Position numbers and translations under genes: made by a program. From NCBI GenBank assembly GCA_030390025.1, contig CM059431.1:146818001-146882000 (forward strand): a stretch of DNA of 64,000 bases. The letters run 5' to 3'. Every line of letters begins with the position of its first letter. Position 1 is the first letter of the stretch. This DNA is from Squalus acanthias (taxonomy: Eukaryota). Under the pieces are notes generated by a model. It did not search any database. It was given only the letters and a program-made list of their open reading frames with translations, and was not told where the DNA came from. Below, in pieces: positions 1 through 10,736 of this stretch.

Positions 1-200
1 TATTATTTACTTTAAGTTTCTCGCTCTCATTAGCCCATTGGTTCGCCACTATTTTGGTTTACTTTCCGTGTCTTCTTCTGTGAAGACAGATACAACATAT
101 TAGTTTAAAGTCTCTGCCATTTCCTTGTTCCCCAATACAATTTATCCTGCCTTCGCCTCTAAGTGTTCAACGCCTACTTTAGCTGCTCTCTTCCTTTTTA
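1..200 (-). mobile_element. CR1 LINE ORF2 fragment (region between endonuclease and RT), runs off left edge
   Basis: Reverse complement (…GGGGAACAAGGAAATGGCAGAGACTTTAAAC…TGTCTTCACAGAAGAAGACAC…) aligns by eye to the plus-strand CR1 at ~9630-9830 (…GAGGAATAAGGAAATGGTAGTGAAATTAAAC…GGCTTCACAGAAGAAGACAC…). Confidence 0.8.
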
Positions 201-829
201 CAGGGTAGTTCAGTTCAACAGTGGTGTATTCTGTTAATTATTTCGAAGTCCATGGTTTTCACTGCGGCAGCATGATGATATTAAATACAGAGAGCTTTAC
301 ACTAAATGCAGTCAGAGGTTAATTTTAACTTTAGTGTAAATTGAGGATAACGAATTAGCTGCTCATGGAAACTACGCTCGATCTTCTTGCCCATTGATGT
401 CAACGGAAAGGGGAATCGGGCCTGGTGTATATTGGGTGCCAATTCAATATTCCCAATGTTATACTGTCGGCAAATGTAAAATAACTCCCAATGAATTAAA
501 ATCTTCAGCATTCCAAACCTTAGTAATTCAATATAGTGAAGCGTCTATTTGGTTTGAAGGTTCTCGCGTGAAAAAAATTCAGTGCAATTCAGTAGGATGT
601 GACCGGTCAGCAGGATTCGCATTGAACAGAAAAGCTCAGAAAGGCCACGATAATGGTAGAAGGAGCAACACAATCCGTTGGCGCGACAGGCAAACTTTAT
701 TACAATGCTGCAGATTGTACCTGTCACTCCTGGTGTGTGGGTGCAATGTCCCAATCTACACCATCCACGACTGGAGAGCAGATCAGCGCCGCAGGCTATA
801 CCCGTTCTTCTTCGAGGATAGATGAACGG

Positions 830-1548
830 GTTATGATGCACCACACCAGAGATTAGCAGCACAATTAAATGCGCACAGAATTGGAGGTAATCCTTGTTAC
901 ACCGGCTGGCGATTGGCTGGGAGGTAGGGGACAGATTACGGGTATAAAGAACCTTCTCTGCTTGGCGGGATTTGACAAGTGATGTTCCCCAGGGATCTGT
1001 ACTGGGGCCGCAGTTTTCACCATATATATTAATGACTTGGATGAAGGAAGAGAGAGTTGTTTATCCAAGTTTGCATAATACACGAGGTCAGCAGGCTCAG
1101 TAGGTTATGTAGATCGGAGCAGGAAGTTACAACAGGACATAGAAAAAATAAGGGAGTGGCCAAAAGTACGGCAGGCGGATTTCAATGAGGGAAAGTGACC
1201 CGAGAAAAAAAAAGAATATTTTCTGCATGGCGAGAGATTATGAGCCGTGGAGTGATGTAAGTACCCATGTAGACACATCACTAAAGCTAGTGCACAGTTA
1301 CAACAAATAATCAAAAGTGTTAATGAAATAAAAAGAGAAAATCCTGGAAATACTCAGCAGGTCAGGCAGCATATGTAGAGAGAGAAACAGAGTTAATGTT
1401 TCAGGTCGATGACACTTCGTTCATGAAATGTTGGCCTTTAACTCAGGGGTGCTGGAATACAAAGACGAGGAAGTGATGCTTCACTTTCTCAGAGCCTTGG
1501 TCAGACCTGACCTGGAATACTACGTTCAGCTTTGGTCATCAAACCTGC
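830..1548 (+). mobile_element. Degenerate CR1 LINE, RT domain fragment (left boundary approximate)
   Basis: GTTCCCCAGGGATCTGTACTGGGGCCGCAGTTTTCACCATATATATTAATGACTTGGATGAAGG encodes PQGSVLGP..(F)TIYINDLDEG with a frameshift; SKFA* follows; ORF 1428-1646 has RALVRPDLEYYVQLWS, the CR1 LVRPHLEYCVQFW motif. Confidence 0.85.
1330..1422. mobile_element. 93-bp insertion into the CR1 fragment, flanked by a 7-bp direct repeat ATGAAAT
   Basis: ATGAAAT at 1323-1329 and 1423-1429; removing the insert and one copy restores CR1-like AATGAAATGTTGGCCTTT. The insert (GGAAATACTCAGCAGGTCAGGCAGCAT…GAGAGAGAAACAGAGTTAATGTTTCAGGTC) resembles a short interspersed repeat I associate with elasmobranch genomes; family not established. 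Confidence 0.6.
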
Positions 1549-1644
1549 TGGTGTGCGAAATCGAACGGGATGCCCAAAGAAATTCACGTTCTGCAGTTAA
1601 TGACGGGAGCTTTGTAACACACCATAAAGCCCAAAGAAAAACAT

Positions 1645-3018
1645 AATCATAGAAACATAGAAACATAGATGATAGGAGCAGGAGTAGGCCATTCGGCCTC
1701 TCGAGCCTGTTCCGCCATTCAATGAGATCATGGCTGATCATCCAAATTCAGTACCCTGTCCCTGTCTTCTCCCCATATCCCTTGATCCCTTTAGCCTTAA
1801 GAAATATATCTAACTCCTTCTTGAATATATTTAATGAATTGGCCTCAACTGCCTTCTGTGGTAGAGAATTCCACAGGTTCACCACTCTCTGGGTGAAGAA
1901 ATTCCTCCTCATCTCAGTCCTAAATGGCTTACCCCTTATCCTTAGACTGTGACCCCTGGTTCTGGATTCCCCCGTCCATCGGGAACATCCTTCCTGCATC
2001 TAGTCTGTCCAATCCTGTTAGAATTTTATAAGTTTCAATGAGATCCCCTCTCATTCTTCTACACTCTAGCGAATACAATCCCAATCGTCCCAATCTCTCT
2101 TCAGACGTCATTCCTGCCATCCCAGGTATCAGTCTGGTGAATCTTCGCTGCACTCCCTCCATGGCAAGAATATCCTTCCTCAGATAAGGCGACTAAAACA
2201 GCACACAATACTCAAGGTGTGGTCTCACCAAGGCCCTGTACATCTGCAGCAAGACATCCTTGCTCCTGTACTCGAATCCTCTCGCTATTAAGGCCAACAC
2301 ACCATTAGCCTTCTTAATCGCCTGCTGCACCTGCATGCTTACCATTAACGACTGGTGCACAAGGAATCCCACGTCTCGTTGCACTTCCCCTTTTCCCAAT
2401 CTATTGCTGTTCAGGTAATAAACTGCCTTCCTGTTTTTGCCATCAACGTGGATAACCTTGCATTTATCCACATCATACTGCATCTGCCATGCATCTGCCC
2501 AATCACCCAACTATAAAATCATACTGGAGTTTCTCTGCATCCTCCTCACAACACACACGCCCACCCAACTTTGTTTCGTCTGCAAGCTTGGAGATATTAC
2601 ATCTAGTTCCCTTGTCCAGATCATGAATATACATTGCGAATAACTGGGGTCCTAGGACCGATCCCTGCGGTACCCCACGAGTCACTGCCGGCCACTCGGA
2701 AAAAGACCCGTTTATTCCAACTCTTTGCTTTCTGTCTGCCAACTAGTTCTCTATCCAAGTCATTACCTTACCCCCAATCCCATGTGCTTTAACTTTGCCC
2801 GCCAATCTCTTATGCGGGACCTTATCGAAAGCCTTCTTCAAGTCCAAATACACCACATGCACTGGTGCTCCCTTATCTATTCTACGAGTTACATTCTCAA
2901 AAAATTCCAGTAGATTAGTCAAGCATGATTAACTTTTGTAAATCCAGGTTGACTTTGTCCGATCCTGTCACTTTTTCCAAGTGCTCTGCTATTACATCTT
3001 TTATGATGGACTCCACCG
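1645..3018 (-). mobile_element. 5'-truncated CR1 LINE with 3' end and (TTCTATGT)n-type tail
   Basis: Tail CATAGAAACATAGAAACATAG at ~1647-1668. Frameshifted ORF2 pieces: RQRVGINGSFSEW..GVPQGSVLGP..ISKLADETKLGG (2503-2742), YRALVRPHLEYCV (2193-2510), EGVQRRFTRLIPGM..RMRGDLIETYKI (1929-2162), RTRGHSLRI..RNFFTQRVVNLWNSLP (1748-1999). Confidence 0.95.
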
Positions 3019-3126
3019 ATATCATAAGACCATGGTGTAAAATTCAGCTTCAACGGAGGTGAAAAACAGGGATTAGCGGATTGTCCGCACGTTGCACACA
3101 TATCGCTAATATTCTGTCTCGTTTCT

Positions 3127-3262
3127 GTCCATTCCCTGGGGTTTATATCCCGGACCATCCCCTCTATTCTGATCCGATTCAGTCCATTCCCTGGGGTTTA
3201 TATCCCGGACCATCTCCTGTATTGTGACCCGGTTCAGCCCTTTCCTTGGGTTTATATCCCAG
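3127..3262. repeat. 55-bp tandem repeat, ~2.5 units (copy 1 of duplicated module)
   Basis: GTCCATTCCCTGGGGTTTATATCCCGGACCATC… units start at 3127, 3182 and 3237. Confidence 0.85.
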
Positions 3263-3406
3263 CTCAGCCCCTGTTACATTTTAAAGATCCTCGCTCTGTG
3301 ATATAAACTCTGGAGCTGAGCAACCGCGCTGTCAGGCTGAATGGAGCCCAGTTCCCTCAGTCACAGAGCGCGGGAGCTGTAACTGGAGAACGACCCTGTT
3401 TCTTAC

Positions 3407-3680
3407 CGTCACTCACACACCGGCCCGCGCCGCCCGGCACAAGAGGAAAACACTGCCCAATGGACATCCCTGATGAGCAAGGGAGCGGCACTGCGCCTGT
3501 GCGTGAGGGCAAGCGTGCGGAATTGCGCCTGTGCGGAAGAGCAAGGGGGCGACACTGCGTTTGCGCGGCAGAGCAAGGGAGCTACAGTGCGCCTGCGCAG
3601 GAGGGCAAGGGAGCGACACTGCGCCTGTGCCAGAGAGCATTGTCGCTCTGCCAGCTGTCATACAAGTGATTGGCGGCACA
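3407..3680 (-). promoter_or_regulatory. Putative CpG-rich promoter/first exon (copy 1), with five 32-bp units each carrying an NRF1-like TGCGCCTGYGC
   Basis: CpG-dense. 32-bp units GCAAGGGAGCGACACTGCGCCTGTGC… start at 3477, 3509, 3541, 3573 and 3605. CCAAT box on minus strand (ATTGG 3669-3673). Minus-strand donor GTGACG|GTAAGA with GT at 3406-3405. Function is inferred. Confidence 0.5.
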
Positions 3681-4312
3681 GTATTGAAGTTCTGATGATC
3701 TCCTCTTATTCCTATCTGTCTGAGGTATTGTACTGTCCGATATTTCTACCATGGGTTAATGATCTCAAACCAATATTAGCAATCATTTACATGAAGGCTC
3801 TCTCGACACATTTTTTACTTTAATACTGTGTCTTATTTAAACAGCCCTAACAGATCCTGTGGCTTTTGTACCGGCGAGTGAAAGGTTAAACCAGAACTTT
3901 GATGTTTGAGGTATAATAGAAAGTTAATGTGACAGGAGATGTGTTGGCCCAAATGTAAGCGTGAAGCGTACAGGAAGTGTTCCATAAAAATGGGACTTTT
4001 AATTAATTAGTAATGAATCTCGATGGCCTTACTCATACTTAGACAGATGGACTGAAAATTGTTTGAACTACGATTGTTGGAAGAGGCAAGAATGGCAGTG
4101 GGACAAGTGCGAATGTTCACTGCACTGCCCCCAGTGCTGGAAGGCTGAATAACATGTGGAATAATATTCTCCTTTAAAAAATGTATTGAAACAGGCGATA
4201 TCTATATAAGAATTTTTGTTCAACCAAGGCAAGAGGCAGTCTTACGAATAATATAAACTACTGTTCAGAAACAATGTTTAAATTGTAATTAATTAACCAC
4301 TTACCTTGTTAA

Positions 4313-4560
4313 AAACGGGTCTTGCGCCTCCTTTTTAAAAGCGCAGCTTCTTCACAGAGAAACCTGAAAAAAACCGAAGTTCGCTGCTTGTGCGCAGCCT
4401 CTACCGCGCACGCGGTTCACCTCTGAAACCCTCACTTCAGGGGAACGGAAGTTCCGGTTTCCCGCGCATGCGCAGTGCCTGCATGAAACTGGCACTTCAG
4501 GTGGCCTTACGGATGAGTACACAGCGCGTACTCACCCGGCAAGTGCCGAATTTCTGGCCC
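4313..4560. repeat. GC-rich unclassified interspersed-repeat-like segment
   Basis: Sharp GC/CpG rise within AT-rich flanks, ending GAATTTCTGGCCC; contains palindrome GCGCATGCGC (4464-4473) and CGGAAGT. Family not identified. Confidence 0.3.
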
Positions 4561-4897
4561 ATGTATCAGAATGTTTCTAACTATTGCCCAGTCTCTGTTA
4601 CCCATGAAAACCCCTTACACAAACACAACTCGGTTGCTGCATTTCATTATGTCATTGTCAACAGGATGATTAATACTAATATAGGACATAGCTGTAGTTT
4701 TTAATATATTACATGTCCCCATGTCTGTGTTGATCAATATTACAATCGGACATACATGCAGCTTTCGATATCTTGTCATTTCTGATGCCTGCAGTTATCA
4801 CTATATCACAAACCTCTTCCTCTGCAGTTTTCAAACTACTGCAATTCATCCTGCCTCTGGTCATCATTAGATTACAATTCTACTCACCTTTAGTTAT

Positions 4898-5770
4898 CAA
4901 CAACAATTTGCATTTATGCAGCATGTTAAACGTAGTGAAAAGTCCGGAGGCGCTTCACGGGACTGTTATCAAACAACATTTGACCTTTAAGGAAATATTA
5001 GCTCAGGTGATCAAAAGCTTGCTCAAAAGGGTTCGATTTAAGGTGCCTGTTACGAGCAGAGATGGTTAGGGAGGGAAATCCACAGCTCAGGCCCGAGACT
5101 GCTGAAGGCATGGCCGCCTCTGGTGAAGCAATGAAAAGAGGGGCTGCACCAGAGGCCCGAATTGGAGGGGCGCAGAGAACTCGGATTTTGTGGGGCAGAA
5201 AGGGGTTAGAGGGAAAGGGAGCGGCGAGGATATGTAAGGGTATGAATAAAAAGAAAGATACATTTTAAATCGAGGCATTGCTGGACCAGCAGTCAATGTA
5301 GGTTAGACGGCACAGTGTTGAAGTAGAAACAGAGAAACATAGAAGAAAGGAGCAGGAGCAGGCCATTCAGCCACTCGAGCCTGCTCCGCCATTCAATGAG
5401 ATCATGGCTGATCATCCAAATTCAGTACCCTGTCCCTGCTTTCTCCCCATATCCCTTGGTCCCTTTAGCTTTAAGAAATATATCTAACTCCTTCTTGAAT
5501 ATATGTAAGAACGGGAATTGGTGCAAGATCGGATACGGCCAGCAGAGTTGTGAATGAACTCACGTGTACGGAGGGTGCTTTGTGTGACGTCGGCCAGGAC
5601 GCATTGGAATAGTCGAGTTCAGAGACAACAAGGGCATGAATGAGGGCTACAGCAGGAGATGAGCTGAGGCAGGAGCGGAGACAGGCAATGTTGGGAAGGT
5701 ATAGGTAGGCGCACCTGGTGCTAATATGGGTTTGGAAGCACATTTCAGGGTCACATAGGACGCCAGTCAA
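4898..5770 (-). mobile_element. Degenerate L2-clade LINE 3' portion, interrupted by a CR1 fragment
   Basis: ORF 5471-5770 reads LPNIACLRSCLSSSPAVALIHALVVSELDYSNA, matching the L2 ORF2 motif LRNIARLR..L….ETLIHAFVTSRLDYSN. The 3' end is near CAACAACAATTTGCATTTAT (4898-4917). Confidence 0.75.
5325..5503 (-). mobile_element. Severely 5'-truncated CR1 3' end (~180 bp) nested in the L2 element
   Basis: Nearly the same sequence as 1655-1830 (GGAGCAGGAG..GGCCATTC..CATTCAATGAGATCATGGCTGATCATCCAAATTCAGTACCCTGTCCCTG..CTCCTTCTTGAATATAT), with tail AGAAACAGAGAAACATAGAA. Confidence 0.9.
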
Positions 5771-6091
5771 TAAATTGCAAATTTCAATGCCGGATTTATC
5801 ATTATATTACAATTCTACATATCTCTCGAGATTAATAAGTCAAAATTGTCAATGTTTGTAGTTATCAATATATTTTTTGATCATTTTAATAGTTTTTGAA
5901 TTAATAATGTGATAGGCCGTGCTGATTTTTCAGATTGGTCTGTGCATCATGATCAAAGAATTGTCTAATGTTTTCGGTTCAATCTTTCAATTTGATTTGT
6001 CACCAGATCTAAGCTAGTTTAACATTGAGATCTGATGGTGTCGGTGCAAGTTCAGCCCAACCTAATAAACAGACACGTGTCTTTCTCTTAC

Positions 6092-6250
6092 CTTTCTTCC
6101 CAGTGGAAGATCTTTGAATCGGAAGGGTTCTCTCTGGTTGGTGCTCTCACATTCTGGTGCTGGTTCACCTGCTGTTGTTCCTCAGTCTACAATCCCTGTT
6201 TACTTCCAGCTGTGGACCTTTCTCAATCACTCCATCATTCACCGGAAGAT
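6092..6250 (-). other. Putative 159-bp internal exon (non-coding or pseudogenised)
   Basis: Minus strand: polypyrimidine tract and acceptor TTGTTCTCATTTTCTGCTCTGCCATAATTAG|ATCTTCCGG; donor GAAGAAAG|GTAAGA. More GC-rich than its flanks; all three frames contain stops. Confidence 0.45.
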
Positions 6251-6436
6251 CTAATTATGGCAGAGCAGAAAATGAGAACAATATTGACGAAGCGAAGTAG
6301 AATGTAACGTATTTTTTTGTATTATTATTCTTAAAAACGAAAATCATTGACATGTAAATAATTGAAAACAGAAATATAATTATTTTATGGAACAAATACT
6401 ATGGATGAACATAATTTTACAGCCGCTGCTGCTGCA

Positions 6437-7113
6437 ACATAGTCATAGGGTCATTGTAACAGAGTCATAACGGCACAGAAGGAGGCCATTCAGCCCATCG
6501 AGGCCGTGCCGGCTCTCTTCAGAGCAATCCAATCATTCCCAATCCCGCGCTCTATCGCAGTATCCCTGCAAGTTTATTCCCGTCAAGTACCTATCCAGTC
6601 TCCCCTAGATCACATTGAGTGTGTCCCTTTCCACCAAGTCCGTCGGCAGAGAGTTCCAAATCCTCATCACTCGCGGCGTAAAAAGGTTTTTCCTCACAGC
6701 CCCCCCTGTATCTCTTGCCAAAAACCATACATCTGTGTCCCCTAGTCCTTGTACAATCAACTAGTAGGAATAGCCTTTCTCTGTCTAGCCTATCCAAACC
6801 CGTCATAATCTTGTACACCTCTATCAAATCACCCCTCAACCTCCTTTGCTATAAAGAAAACAAATCCAGCTTCTCCAACCTGTCATTGTAGCTAAGATCC
6901 CCCATCCCCGGAACCATTCTGGTAAATCTCCTCCGCACCCTCTCAAGGGCCTTCACATCCTTCCTAAAGTGTGGTGACCAGAATGGACGCAATACTCCAG
7001 TTGTGGACTTACCAGCGCTTTATAAAGTTTCAGCATAATTTCTCTACTTTTTACCCAATACCTCTATTTATGAAGCCCAAGATCCCATATGCTTTGTTAA
7101 CCACTTTCTCAAT
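6437..7113 (-). mobile_element. 5'-truncated CR1 LINE 3' end (different subfamily from 1645-3018)
   Basis: ORF 6591-6839 MRGDLIEVYKIMTGLDRLDRERLF..RTRGH. 3' UTR (reverse complement) CTCGATGGGCTGAATGGCCTCCTTCTGTGCCG with a CATAG-type tail. Confidence 0.9.
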
Positions 7114-7933
7114 ATGTGAATTATTCATTCTTCAGTCCGTTGTTAGAGACTCCACATATAACAAGTGCGCATTTTCCAGCATTGGCCTAAGTTTTGGGGA
7201 CTTTCTCCGCTTTTTGAATCAATGGCCATTCCTATATATTTTTGGCAGAACTCCATCCAGGATTCACCTGCCCAGTCACAAAGGGATTATTTTTCTCTCG
7301 TGTTTTGCTTTCTTCAAATGGCAGAGAGCACTGACAGTTAATATCTTCAGCTCATGCCACTCAGCATTGTCCTGAGTTATCATCAGTTCAAATACTGAAC
7401 ATCAGTCCGCCGGTCCAGGTGACACAACACAGCCATTTTACTAATTTATTCGCTGCTGTTTCCTGCCTTATCCCCAGTGACGGGCCTGTTTTTGCTCGGT
7501 CCTTCTCCACAGCAATACCGTTCAGTTCCCAGAAAAAACCATCCCATTGCGCGAAATTGCAACTCAATTTTACCTGAAGATTCCTGCAATAATGGCCAGC
7601 GATGGACTTCCCCAGCCGCGCCCAGTGATACAATTGCTGTCTATTTGAAACAACGCCCGATTTCTGCCCTGTTCAATGCTTCGGTTTATGAAAATCTGTG
7701 TCTATCTACAGTTTACAGCCGGATATCCAGTGCTGTATCTGATGGATTGCCAAGATAGTAGTAGGAACACTAGTTGCCGGCATCCTCCGCCTCTTATGAT
7801 TCAGGGCCGAGTATTTCTGTTCGATTCTGTCACTTTTCTCAGATCCCGGGCTCTCCCGACGGAGATTCCCGCAAATCCCCAAAGTTCGGGCGGAAAGGCA
7901 ACGTTTGCTCTCTGCGAGTGAGACAAGCATATA

Positions 7934-8404
7934 GTGTCTGATCTCACTGGCCCCATCCATTGGGTCACACACTGCCTGATCTCACTGGGCCCATCCCATT
8001 GGGTCACACACTGCCTGATCTCACTGGGCCCATCCTCCCTGTTACACACTGTTTGATCTCACTGTGCCCATCCTCCCCGGGTTACACACTGTCTGATCTC
8101 ATGGGGCCCATTCTCCCCGGGTTACACACTGTCTGATCTCACTTACCCCATCCACCCCGGGATAAACACTGTCTGATCTCACTGGGCCCATCCTCCCCGG
8201 GTTACACACTGCCTGATCTCACTGCGCCCATCCTCTCTGTTACACACTGTCAGATCTCACTTGGCCCATCCTCCCCGGGTTACACACTGCTTGATCTCAC
8301 TGGGCCCATCCTTCCTGTTACACACTATCTGACCTCACTTGCCCCATCCTCCCCGGGTTACACACTGTCTGACCTCACTAGGCCCAACCTCTCCGGTTTA
8401 CACA
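7934..8404. repeat. 38-40-bp minisatellite, ~12 units
   Basis: Repeated ACACTGTCTGATCTCACTGGGCCCATCCTCCCCGGGTTAC; shorter 38-bp variants end in CCTGTTAC. Confidence 0.95.
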
Positions 8405-8409
8405 CATTT

Positions 8410-10480
8410 GAGTAGTAAACTGGGTAAAGATAAGCAGAGTGAGTTTGGAAGGGACAGAAATATTAATAAAGGTAATAGGCATTAGTGACTAAAGTGATAC
8501 CAGGGAAAAATTGATAAACAATTAAAGCTGAAGATACTATTTCTGAATGCACGAAGCATTCACAACAAAATAGATGAATTAATAGCGCAGATAGAAATAA
8601 ATAGATTGGATTTAATAACCATTGCAGGGACGTGATTGCAGAGTGACCAAGGTTGAGTACTAAATATTCCACGATATTTGACTTTTAGAAGAAACAGCCA
8701 GAATGGTAAAGGTGGAGGTGCAGTCCTTAAAATAAAGAAGTGAATAAAGACAGTAGAGAGAAAGGAAAGTCCACTGAAAAATAAAATGTAGAATCAGCTT
8801 GGGTGGAGCTGAGAAACAACGAGAGGCAGAAAACACAAGTGGGTGTAGTCTATAGGCCATCCATCAGTGGTTGTACTGTCTTGCAGAGTATAAATCAGGA
8901 CATTGGAGATGCATGTAACAACAGTAATACATTAATCATGGGGAACTTTAACTTTCAAAAAGACTGGGGAACCATATTTGCAGAAATAGTGCTGAGGTAG
9001 AGTTCATGGAATGCATTCAAGATTGTTTTCTAGATCAGTATGTCAAGGAACCTACGAAAAAATTGTCTATTTTAGATCTAGTACTGTGCAATGAGACAGT
9101 GATATTTAATAACATTGTAGCAAAGGAACCTCTAGGGACAAGTGATCATAAAATAATAAAATGTTATGCTGTGTTTGAGATTGATTTATTTAAGTCCGAA
9201 ACTGGGGCCCTAAACCTGAACAAAGCAAACTACTTAGGTATGAGAGGCGAATTGGCTAAGGCAGGTTGGGAAACTAGATTCAAAGATATGACAATAGAAA
9301 AGCAATGGCAAACATTTGAAGAAATAATCCATAATTGGCAACAAATATACATTCTTTCAGGATTAAAAAAGCACGATGTGAAAAATGGTCCAACGGTGGC
9401 AAACATGAGAAATTAAAATAGTATTAGATTAAAGGAAGAGGTATATAATATTGCCAAAAAGAGTAGTAAGCCTGAGGGGGGAAATACAAGAGTAAGCCTG
9501 AGGATTGAGTGACTTTTAGAATTTTTCAAAGGAGGACCAAAAAATTGATAAAGAAAAGGAAACTGCAATGCGAGCGACAACTAGAGAAAGACATAACAAG
9601 AGACTGTAAAAAGTTTTGTTGGGATGAAAAAAGGAAAAGATCAGAGAAAGTAGAAGTGGGTTCCTTACAAGCTGAGACAGGAGAAATTATAATGAGGAAT
9701 AAGGAAATGGTAGTGAAATTAAACAAATAATTTGTTGTGTGGCTTCACAGAAGAAGACACAAAAAAACTCCCAGAAATAGTGGAGAACCAAGGGTCTATC
9801 GAGAATGAGGAACCGAAATGAATTAGTATTAGTAAAAAAATATTACAGGAGAAATTAATGGGATTGAAAGCCAATAAATCCCCTCTACCTGATGGACTAC
9901 ATCCTAGGGTTTTGAAAGAGATGGCTATAGAGATAGTGGATGCATTGGTTGTCATCTTGCAGAATTCGATAGGTTCTAGAACAGTTCTGACAGATTGGAA
10001 GGCAACAAATGCAACCCCATTATTTAGGGAAGTAGGGAGAGAGAAAACGGGGATCTCGGCACCAGTTAGCCTGACATCCGTCGTAGGGAAAATGCCGGAA
10101 TCTATTATTAAGGACGTGGAAACAGGGAACTTAGAAAATAATAATAGGAATGGGCAGAGTCAACAAAGAAAATGATAATAGGAATGGGCAGAGTCAACAA
10201 AGATTTATGAAAGGGAAATCATGGTTCACGAATCTGTTATGAGTGTTTTGAGGTTGTAACTAGCAGAATTGATAAGGGGGAACCAGTTGATGTGGTGTAT
10301 TTGGATTTTTCGAGGCATTTGAGAAGGTGCCACTCAAGAGATTATTAAACAAAATTAGGGCTCATTGGATTGGGGGAATATATTAGCATGGATTGAGGAT
10401 TGGTTGACGGATAGAAAACCGAGAGTAGGATTAAACAGGTAATTTTCGGGCTGGCAGGCTGTGACTTGTGGGGTACTGCA
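8410..10480 (+). mobile_element. Degenerate CR1 LINE ORF2: APE endonuclease through N-terminal RT, 3' part missing
   Basis: ~8536: LFLNARSIHNKIDELIAQIEIN..DLITI. Then VGVVYRP..LIMGNFN (8803-9000), FLDQYVKEPT..ILDLVLCNE..EPLGTSDH (9006-9416) and KSPLPDGLHPRVLKE..DWKATNATPLF..PVSLTSVVGK (9858-10175). Ends at GTGGGGTACTGCA (GVPQ-equivalent). Many stops and frameshifts. Confidence 0.95.
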
Positions 10481-10736
10481 CAGTAGCTGATCTCACGGGG
10501 CCCAAACGCTCCCCCCCCCCAACTATGTTACACATTTCTGATCTCACTGGCAGTTGCATTACAAATTGTGCAACTCTACAAACCCTCAGCTCCGTGGCTG
10601 TGTGTTTAATTTGGTATTTTTCCTCATACTGAAAGTCCGACCGCGTGAGAGGTCCGCATTTTCACTCACCCAGACGGAAATGCGCCTTTTCTCTTCACAA
10701 TGCTGACACTGTCCGATCTCACTGGCGCCATCCTCC

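Noticed and set aside
200..830. ORFs 394-825, 545-862 and 653-856 as genes
   Set aside because: No recognisable motifs or splice structure; probably decayed repeat or unique non-coding DNA.
7380..7930. GC-richer segment as an exon or regulatory element
   Set aside because: No convincing splice pair, ORF homology or repeat structure that I could support.
8410..10480. Active LINE or intact RT gene
   Set aside because: Multiple stops and frameshifts; the catalytic RT core and 3' end are missing.
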